DNA of 22,047 nucleotides from a virus (Duplodnaviria; Heunggongvirae; Uroviricota; Caudoviricetes): IMG/VR virus record IMGVR_UViG_2619619134_000005; one strand, 5' to 3'. Shown piece by piece: positions 16,150 to 22,047 of this stretch (position 1 is its first letter; each line of letters starts with the position of its first letter). The notes under the pieces were generated by a model. It saw only the letters and a program-made list of their open reading frames with translations, ran no database searches and was not told where the DNA came from. The position numbers and the translations under genes were made by a program.

Positions 16150-18087
16150 TCAGCCGCCGGACGCACTGCCGTAGTTCACTCCGGTGATCACCGCCACCGC
16201 CGCGGTACGGCGACGACGCCAGTTGATCCAGCGCTCCGCACGGATGGCCACGCTGCCTGTCTGGAACATGGAAACCAGCTCCACCGGGGACGGCGTGGTA
16301 CTGTCGCCGCCCGGCTCAGACTGCATTTCCAGTGATGCCTCGCGGGACATATCCACTGCCACGCCGCCGTCATCCGCCAGATAAATATCCGGGGCATTCA
16401 CCAGCACCAGCTGGTCACCCACGTACTGGGAGACAATCACCGGCAGCCCCTGGAAGGAGCCACCCAGCAGGGTCATGTCCGGGTATTCCTTCTGACCCAG
16501 CGCATTTTTACGCATGGACAGTGCCAGGGCATTGGTGCTGGACATCAGCCAGACCGCACCGGTGGGCTGCAGGTTTGCTGCCACAAACTGGCCAAACGCC
16601 GCCTCTGCATCCGCATCCGGGTTACCGGTTGATGCCGTGCCCTTCACATCATGGGTGATGGACGCCGGGGAGACATCTGCCACTGCGGCTTTTTTCGGGT
16701 CCACAAAGTCTGTATCCAGACGCGCCACCACCGCTTCCGCCAGCGCATTACGGACCAGTGCATCAGCAGCCGGACTGGAAAAACGGATCAATTCTTCCGT
16801 CAGTACCGCAATGGCCGACACTTTCGCATGACTGAAGGTGATGGATTCAAAATCAAACTTCGTCAGGGGTCTGGCCTTACCCTCACCCACCCAGCCGGCA
16901 GCACCGCCGGACACCTGGGCGTGCACACGGATATTGAACGGCACCTGACGAAGTGCAGGGATCCCGCCCTGACCAAATCGCCCGATAATGGTCTGCGGAC
17001 GCAGGTAATCAATAAAGTCCTGTGCGTATTCCTGATATTCAGACAGGCTGCCTGCCCACTGCGGATCCGTGGTGGTCCCCGCGCCCACTGCCGATTTCAG
17101 GACATGATGCAGACGACTGTCATCCGGATACTGACGACGGGCCACTTCCAGGGCTTCAGATCGGACGCCTTTAGCCGCAGCCAGCGATTTGGCAAAGCGG
17201 GCGAAGCCAATCCCCTTATCCAGTTTCTGCTCCACACGGATCACCGGCGCAGAAGCCACCGCGGCCACATTCCCGTTACCGGCCTGTTTCACCGGCTGTG
17301 CCGTGGCGGCCTTACTGGTTTCCAGTTCACGCAGGCGCTTCAGGTGCGCATCCACCTGACGGATTTCCGCTGCGGTGTTGTCGTAGTGCTCTTCCTCCTC
17401 CACATCCAGCGTGCGCCCTTCCTCTGCGGCTTTGGTCATGACCTCCTCAAGGGAGGCTGCCAGCGCTGCACGCTTGTTTTCAAAACTTTTAATCTGTTCG
17501 CCAATATTCATTATGGTCTTTTCCTTATGAAAAACGGTTGTTGACTGTGCCGCAGCGCCGGCAGAAGATGCGATTTTCACCACCGGTTTCCGGTTGCCGG
17601 ACGCGGCAGAAAACGGGCGGTCGTAAGATTTAATGGTCCGGATGGTGCATTCCGCATTCGCGGGCACGGTGACGGCAGACACCTCCATCAGTTCCCAGCG
17701 CAGAAAATGCAGTCCGCCTCCGTCCAGAAAGGTGTATTCATGGGGACGGAAGCCCACGGACAGCCCCCTGACCAGCCCGGTCTTAATGGCCGCCCAGACC
17801 TCATCCAGCCGGGCAGCCAGTTGCGACGGCATATCCGGTACGGGCTTCACCAGTGTTGCCGTGATTTCCAGCCCTTCGCTGACCCGGCGTACCGTACACT
17901 GCCCCACCGGGCGGGAATGGTCATGCTGCCAGAGAAACGGGATCGCACTGCCAAACTCCGCGCCCTCCGGCTCCAGGATGTCACCATCCCGATCCGGAGA
18001 AGGCGTTGACGCAATCCCGGTGATCACCCGTTCATCCTCACTGAAGGATTTCACCGTCAGCAGGGAACAGGCCCGTTTAAGAGTCAC
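16150..18087 (-). CDS. prohead protease (S78/HK97 family) fused in-frame to HK97-fold major capsid protein
   Basis: 645-aa ORF starting at GTG (18085-18087) with an AGGAGG Shine-Dalgarno 5 nt upstream. N-terminal ~150 aa carry prohead protease motifs (IPFLWQHDH, LSVGFRP, MEVSAVTVPANAEC). The remainder has a coiled-coil delta-like segment and a capsid-like C-terminus (...SVAIRAERWINW). An internal ATG at 17509-17511 (MNIGEQIKSF...) has its own AAGGA Shine-Dalgarno. Confidence 0.85.
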   Translation of the reverse strand: MTLKRACSLLTVKSFSEDERVITGIASTPSPDRDGDILEPEGAEFGSAIPFLWQHDHSRPVGQCTVRRVSEGLEITATLVKPVPDMPSQLAARLDEVWAAIKTGLVRGLSVGFRPHEYTFLDGGGLHFLRWELMEVSAVTVPANAECTIRTIKSYDRPFSAASGNRKPVVKIASSAGAAAQSTTVFHKEKTIMNIGEQIKSFENKRAALAASLEEVMTKAAEEGRTLDVEEEEHYDNTAAEIRQVDAHLKRLRELETSKAATAQPVKQAGNGNVAAVASAPVIRVEQKLDKGIGFARFAKSLAAAKGVRSEALEVARRQYPDDSRLHHVLKSAVGAGTTTDPQWAGSLSEYQEYAQDFIDYLRPQTIIGRFGQGGIPALRQVPFNIRVHAQVSGGAAGWVGEGKARPLTKFDFESITFSHAKVSAIAVLTEELIRFSSPAADALVRNALAEAVVARLDTDFVDPKKAAVADVSPASITHDVKGTASTGNPDADAEAAFGQFVAANLQPTGAVWLMSSTNALALSMRKNALGQKEYPDMTLLGGSFQGLPVIVSQYVGDQLVLVNAPDIYLADDGGVAVDMSREASLEMQSEPGGDSTTPSPVELVSMFQTGSVAIRAERWINWRRRRTAAVAVITGVNYGSASGG

Positions 18088-18100
18088 ATCAGCCTCCTGA

Positions 18101-18125
18101 AAATAAAAAAACCGCCGCAGCGGTT
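18101..18125 (-). terminator. hairpin plus T-tract element between large terminase and protease/capsid genes
   Basis: Stem AACCGC / GCGGTT with loop CGCA at 18110-18125, followed on the minus strand by TTTTTTATTT, then the AGGAGG Shine-Dalgarno and GTG start of the protease/capsid ORF. Confidence 0.45.
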
Positions 18126-18150
18126 CGTGATGGTTACAGTGTGAACAGGG

Positions 18151-19812
18151 TTATATGAAAAAAACCGCATATTCTTTCTTTTTCGGTTCCGGGTTAAGGG
18201 ACATCAGGGAGACCGCATTGAACAGCGCCATCAGCGGGTCAATTTTTCCCCGTCCGCTGGCCTGTTTGGTGATAAGAATGGCGTTACCTTTAGGCTCCAC
18301 CCGGGCATTGCCGACACACCAGGCCATCAGGGGCTGGTCACCATGCACCAGCACCCCTTCAGCCAGTTTGCGCTCGGTGGTTTTAATGGCCCCGCCCAGT
18401 TTCCAGCCCTGGCTTATCCCCACCACAATTCCGTCGGGGATCCCGGCTTCCGCCAGTGAATCCAGAATCTGCCCCACCCCTGACGGGTCAATACCGATAT
18501 GGTCCAGTAACTCAGCCTCATGAATGCGACGCACATATTCCGCCACTTCCGCCGTGTCATCCCCGACACGCCGGACAATGGTCATATCTCCACAGGCAAC
18601 AAGATCCTGAAACCGGGACGCCTCGCTCTTCCGTCGGACCACCGCGGTTTCATGCGCCCAGGCATGGCCCCAGCCCAGCCATTCGCGGGTCTCCCGGTCA
18701 CGCCCAATCACATACATCCCCAGCAGATCATCCAGCCCTCCGCCGTCAATCCCCACCGTCACCACATCAGCACGACGCAGGATATCGTCCAGGCTGATAC
18801 AACGGCCCTGCTCTTCCCAGAAATCAGCCCCCGCCCAGCGGTCAGAGCGCAGGGCAAGACCAATTTCCACATTGGCGTGTTTTGACATGAACCCCCGGAA
18901 TGTCTCTTCACCGGCTTCCCGGGCTTTACGGTACTCCCGGTACAGAAAGGCCTCATCCACTGAATAGCCGAGATTCGGATTGACCATGGCGAGGTTTTCC
19001 ATCAGCAGGTGAGCCCCGCTTTCCACCATTTCAGGAGGGTGTTCAAATATCACCGGCAGAAAGTGCGGATCATGAATTTTGCCGTCACGGACATCCCGGG
19101 CGTACTGCAGTTTCTGTCTGAACACCCCGGCTGGCGGCTCATTCGACTGGGTGGTCGTATACACCACAAACCCTTCCGGGCGGGAGGCAAGGCCGCCTAT
19201 GGCTTCACGTAACATGTCCTCCGCTTTGTACTGCTTGCCAAATAACCACAGTTCATCAATCAGCGTCCCCACGGACTTGATACCGGATACCGTATTCGGA
19301 TCGGCAGCCACCACCTTAAGGGTGGTGTCCGTCACCCTGTGGGTGATGGTCCGGATATGTGTCTGCACCTGACAGAGGTCATCCAGATCATCGTCCCGTC
19401 GTACCATATCCCTGGCAGGGTTGAAGGCGTTAGCCGCCACCTCCACGGTCGGGGCCAGAATGGTGTAGCCCGCCGCCTGCCGCCAGTTCAGTAACAGCGC
19501 CGTCATCATGATCCCGGCAGCCAGCGTGGACTTGCTGTTTTTCTTGGGGATAAGGATAAAAACTTCCTTGATATGGCGTACACCGGTCTGCGCATCGTAG
19601 GAGCCAAACAGGGCCGCCACCAGGTCAAACACCCAATGTGCGCAGGACTCCCCGAACGTCGGGCTGCCCGGTGCATCCACAATCCGCAGTTGTTTAAAAA
19701 TCGCCAGGGCATGTGCGGCCTGCTCCGGATAAATCGGAGCCGGAATAATCGACAGCCCCTTTTTCAGGCGCTCTGCCCAGTCCGGGCAGGCCGTGCTCCA
19801 CACAGGTATCAT
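18151..19812 (-). CDS. terminase large subunit
   Basis: 553-aa ORF directly downstream of, and overlapping by 4 nt, the small terminase gene. Size and position typical of a Terminase_1-family TerL; sequence-level family assignment not verified. Confidence 0.9.
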   Translation of the reverse strand: MIPVWSTACPDWAERLKKGLSIIPAPIYPEQAAHALAIFKQLRIVDAPGSPTFGESCAHWVFDLVAALFGSYDAQTGVRHIKEVFILIPKKNSKSTLAAGIMMTALLLNWRQAAGYTILAPTVEVAANAFNPARDMVRRDDDLDDLCQVQTHIRTITHRVTDTTLKVVAADPNTVSGIKSVGTLIDELWLFGKQYKAEDMLREAIGGLASRPEGFVVYTTTQSNEPPAGVFRQKLQYARDVRDGKIHDPHFLPVIFEHPPEMVESGAHLLMENLAMVNPNLGYSVDEAFLYREYRKAREAGEETFRGFMSKHANVEIGLALRSDRWAGADFWEEQGRCISLDDILRRADVVTVGIDGGGLDDLLGMYVIGRDRETREWLGWGHAWAHETAVVRRKSEASRFQDLVACGDMTIVRRVGDDTAEVAEYVRRIHEAELLDHIGIDPSGVGQILDSLAEAGIPDGIVVGISQGWKLGGAIKTTERKLAEGVLVHGDQPLMAWCVGNARVEPKGNAILITKQASGRGKIDPLMALFNAVSLMSLNPEPKKKEYAVFFI

Positions 19813-20372
19813 CCGTTGCCCTCATTATCATTATTCACCACCAGGCGGGGTGGTGGTGGCACCGCAAAACGGTTAGCCGCTTTTTTCGCGGCGTCACCTT
19901 TTGCCGATTTTTTCCCGGTATCCCCTTTTTTATGGTGCGTGAACTGCGCCAGACGCCAGGCCGCATCCAGTGCCAGTTTCGGATCAATGCAGAGGTTTTC
20001 CACCAGGATCCGCCCCATGGCTTTCACCGGATCGGGAAGACCATCCTCCATATATTCAATACCAGGAGACATCACCGCGGACGGTGGCATCTCCGGATTT
20101 GTTTCGTCCGGCTGTGGTATTGCAGCCGCCTCACGGCGACGGGGTTTATCCTCCTGCTCTGATTTTTTCTGCCGGTAAACAGGAACCTCATCCACCTCCA
20201 CCGTCTCGCACTGTTTACGGGCTATAAACGCGAGCACCTCCGGATCTTTTGCCAGCTGCGAGCCTTTAACCCTGGCTGTCTTCGCCGAATAACCGGCGGC
20301 AATGGCTGACGCTGTTTTGTTTTTCCCGGACATGAGCGCCAGCGCAAATTTTCGTTTTTGCGTTGTCAGCAC
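19809..20372 (-). CDS. terminase small subunit
   Basis: 187-aa ORF starting at GTG with a GGGAGGAGG Shine-Dalgarno, immediately upstream of TerL with ATGA-type overlap. N-terminal MLTTQKRKFALALMSGKNKTASAIAAGYSAKTA looks like a helix-turn-helix DNA-binding region. Confidence 0.8.
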   Translation of the reverse strand: MLTTQKRKFALALMSGKNKTASAIAAGYSAKTARVKGSQLAKDPEVLAFIARKQCETVEVDEVPVYRQKKSEQEDKPRRREAAAIPQPDETNPEMPPSAVMSPGIEYMEDGLPDPVKAMGRILVENLCIDPKLALDAAWRLAQFTHHKKGDTGKKSAKGDAAKKAANRFAVPPPPRLVVNNDNEGNG

Positions 20373-20442
20373 AGCCTCCTCCCGGGTCCAGAACGCACTC
20401 AGCCGGGTATGGTTCAGCCCATTTTTCCCGGCGTCTCATGCC

Positions 20443-20570
20443 GCAAATGTTAACTGCTGCCTGGTTAACATTTGCTGAAAAAGCCAGTTAACATTTTTTT
20501 CGCACAACAAACTGAATAATAAAGATAAAAACCGCAAAAATGCCCGGGCAGCCAGTTAACATGTTAACTG
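20443..20570. repeat. array of five GTTAAC-centred palindromic motifs in the HNH-TerS intergenic (presumed cos / terminase-binding) region
   Basis: GCAAATGTTAAC-N9-GTTAACATTTGC (20443-20475); GCCAGTTAACAT (20483-20494) repeated at 20551-20562; perfect 18-bp palindrome CAGTTAACATGTTAACTG (20553-20570) adjacent to the 10-bp palindrome TGCCCGGGCA (20541-20550); an AT-rich tract in between. Confidence 0.45.
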
Positions 20571-20662
20571 CCCTGAAACAGGAATTTTTTCTCTGCGTGA
20601 GAGGGGGCGCGGTGTCCAAAGCGATCGTTTTTTACGCCGGATGATACCCCCCCGGGGTCGGG

Positions 20663-21028
20663 TTACAGTCCGATGATGTCGTCCTCTCTGCCACTACCTC
20701 CGGACACCTCCGGCAGCGTCGGGTCCGGCATATCACTCGCCGCTTCACGAGCAGACTTTTGTCGATGGCATTCGGTACAGAGCGTCCAGAGATTCGTCTC
20801 CTCATTACCACCACCGAACTGAAGTGCAATTCGGTGATCGAGTTCACTGTCACAGAGGTCAACCACACGACCACAGAGACGGCACTGCCCGGCGTCCCTG
20901 AGCCAGATATGACGCTTGAGGGAAACACGTGCACTGCCACTGACACGACGCTGTTCACCCTTCAGAATATTCACCCGTCGGGTATTCAGTGTTTTGATTC
21001 TGCTCTGGAGTGTACGAAGCTCAGCCAT
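20663..21028 (-). CDS. HNH endonuclease (terminase-associated, HK97 gp74-like)
   Basis: 121-aa ORF with paired CxxC motifs and an HNH core (CRLCGR ... DHRIALQFGGGNEETNLWTLCTECHRQK). Located directly upstream of the cos-like region and TerS, the typical arrangement in HK97-like phages. Confidence 0.85.
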   Translation of the reverse strand: MAELRTLQSRIKTLNTRRVNILKGEQRRVSGSARVSLKRHIWLRDAGQCRLCGRVVDLCDSELDHRIALQFGGGNEETNLWTLCTECHRQKSAREAASDMPDPTLPEVSGGSGREDDIIGL

Positions 21029-21069
21029 GTAAAATCCCCGTCATATGGCAATCAGTAAAGGAAATAAAT

Positions 21070-21270
21070 ATGTCATCGAAAAACCGTACCCGCAGAACCA
21101 CAACCCGCAATATCCGTTTCCCCAATCACATGATTGAACAGATCAACATCGCCCTTGAGCATAAAGGGTCCGGTAACTTTTCAGCGTGGGTTATTGAAGC
21201 CTGCAGGAGAAGGCTGGCAACAGATGCAACGCATCTGCGCCCGGCCAGCATGACAAATAACGAGAAATGA
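21070..21270 (+). CDS. ylcI: YlcI-like small protein (DUF3950), possible ribbon-helix-helix fold
   Basis: The track ORF 21010-21270 is trimmed to the internal ATG at 21070 (MSSKNRTRRTTTRNIRFPNHMIEQINIALEHKGSGNFSAWVIEACRRRL...), which has an AAGGA Shine-Dalgarno. Closely resembles E. coli DLP12 prophage YlcI as I recall it. Transcribed divergently from the late operon. Confidence 0.65.
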   Translation: MSSKNRTRRTTTRNIRFPNHMIEQINIALEHKGSGNFSAWVIEACRRRLATDATHLRPASMTNNEK

Positions 21271-21401
21271 ACGTTCGGTTACAGGAGCAGGTACCCACTG
21301 TCCTCCAACAATATTTCATCTTCATATCCGACAGAACAAGACTTACCCTGCCGGGATGTACAGAATAACAACAGAGTGATAATTAATTTCTGATGAAATA
21401 A

Positions 21402-21653
21402 TCAGGGTGCAGAAGGACTAAAGATAAACGTTTTCTTCACGCCTTTACACGGCCTGTCCTTCTCAAATCGCCATTTTGCCATCGCCTTTACAACCTGCTC
21501 ATCAAACAGATGGTGCGGCTCTGAACGAATAAACTCAATTCGGGTGACAGTACCATCAGCACCAATATCAAACCTCACATCAACCCGTCCCTTTATATAA
21601 TTTGCCGCTGCATAGGCCGGATATTGTGGTAATGCCTTAACCAACTGTCGGGG
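21402..21653 (-). pseudogene. TonB C-terminal-domain-like gene fragment, 5' end truncated by IS1
   Basis: Translation ...LPQYPAYAAANYIKGRVDVRFDIGADGTVTRIEFIRSEPHHLFDEQVVKAMAKWRFEKDRP... matches the conserved TonB C-terminal domain pattern (PQYPxxA...G.V.V.FD....G.V........P...F...V..AM..WR.E). The frame is open upstream straight into the IS1 terminal repeat with no ATG; the track M is a TTG. Confidence 0.5.
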
Positions 21654-22047
21654 GGTAATGACTCCAACTTATTGATAGTGTTTTATGTTCAGATAATGCC
21701 CGATGACTTTGTCATGCAGCTCCACCGATTTTGAGAACGACAGCGACTTCCGTCCCAGCCGTGCCAGGTGCTGCCTCAGATTCAGGTTATGCCGCTCAAT
21801 TCGCTGCGTATATCGCTTGCTGATTACGTGCAGCTTTCCCTTCAGGCGGGATTCATACAGCGGCCAGCCATCCGTCATCCATATCACCACGTCAAAGGGT
21901 GACAGCAGGCTCATAAGACGCCCCAGCGTCGCCATAGTGCGTTCACCGAATACGTGCGCAACAACCGTCTTCCGGAGCCTGTCATACGCGTAAAACAGCC
22001 AGCGCTGGCGCGATTTAGCCCCGACATAGCCCCACTGTTCGTCCATT
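21654..22047 (-). mobile_element. IS1 insertion sequence, partial (one terminal inverted repeat plus the 3' part of insB; continues beyond the window)
   Basis: Terminal repeat GGTAATGACTCCAACTTATTGATAGTG at 21654-21680 and downstream sequence match IS1 as I recall it essentially base for base. Confidence 0.95.
21669..22047 (-). CDS. insB: IS1 transposase InsB, C-terminal part (5' end beyond window)
   Basis: Translation ...[124 protein letters not shown] matches InsB. The M at the start of the track ORF is simply the first codon in the window. Confidence 0.9.
   Translation of the reverse strand, partial: MDEQWGYVGAKSRQRWLFYAYDRLRKTVVAHVFGERTMATLGRLMSLLSPFDVVIWMTDGWPLYESRLKGKLHVISKRYTQRIERHNLNLRQHLARLGRKSLSFSKSVELHDKVIGHYLNIKHYQ

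Noticed and set aside
20443-20570. Possible CRISPR or integron-like repeat cluster (GTTAAC motifs)
   Set aside because: Motifs are short palindromes at irregular spacing in a 290-bp intergenic region between the HNH and TerS genes; the context fits cos or terminase binding sites far better.
21271-21401. Possible small gene or terminator between the ylcI-like gene and the TonB-like fragment
   Set aside because: No ORF with a start and ribosome-binding site and no convincing hairpin plus T-tract on either strand.
1-22047. Anti-phage defence system, toxin-antitoxin pair or other multi-gene accessory cassette
   Set aside because: Every intergenic gap over 100 bp was examined (I-J spacer, capsid-portal gap, cos region, ylcI/TonB corner). 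None contains a set of non-structural ORFs; the window is nearly saturated by one morphogenesis operon plus IS1. I therefore do not claim a novel system.

Overview
This window is almost entirely the late morphogenesis operon of a lambdoid (Siphoviridae-type) prophage, read on the minus strand from high to low coordinates, and I found no defence system, CRISPR array, toxin-antitoxin pair or other multi-gene accessory cassette in it. Gene order is: HNH endonuclease, cos-like intergenic region, small and large terminase, an in-frame prohead protease/major capsid ORF, portal, a repeat-containing 353-aa protein, four head-tail joining proteins, major tail protein, G/GT frameshifted chaperone, tape measure, then a lambda-like tail tip (M, L, K, I, J) followed by lom and the start of stf. 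The right end carries a divergently oriented ylcI-like small protein, a TonB C-terminal-domain fragment, and a partial IS1 that abuts it. The features most worth follow-up are an expanded I-J intergenic spacer with a strong bidirectional hairpin and a promoter-like element, a GTTAAC palindrome array in the presumed cos region, 162-bp tandem coding repeats, the IS1-truncated TonB-like fragment, and the protease-capsid ORF lying upstream of the portal. All calls rest on reading the sequence and the supplied ORF track plus recalled family knowledge; no database search or folding computation was run. Hand-derived coordinates for hairpins and motifs may be off by 1-2 nt.
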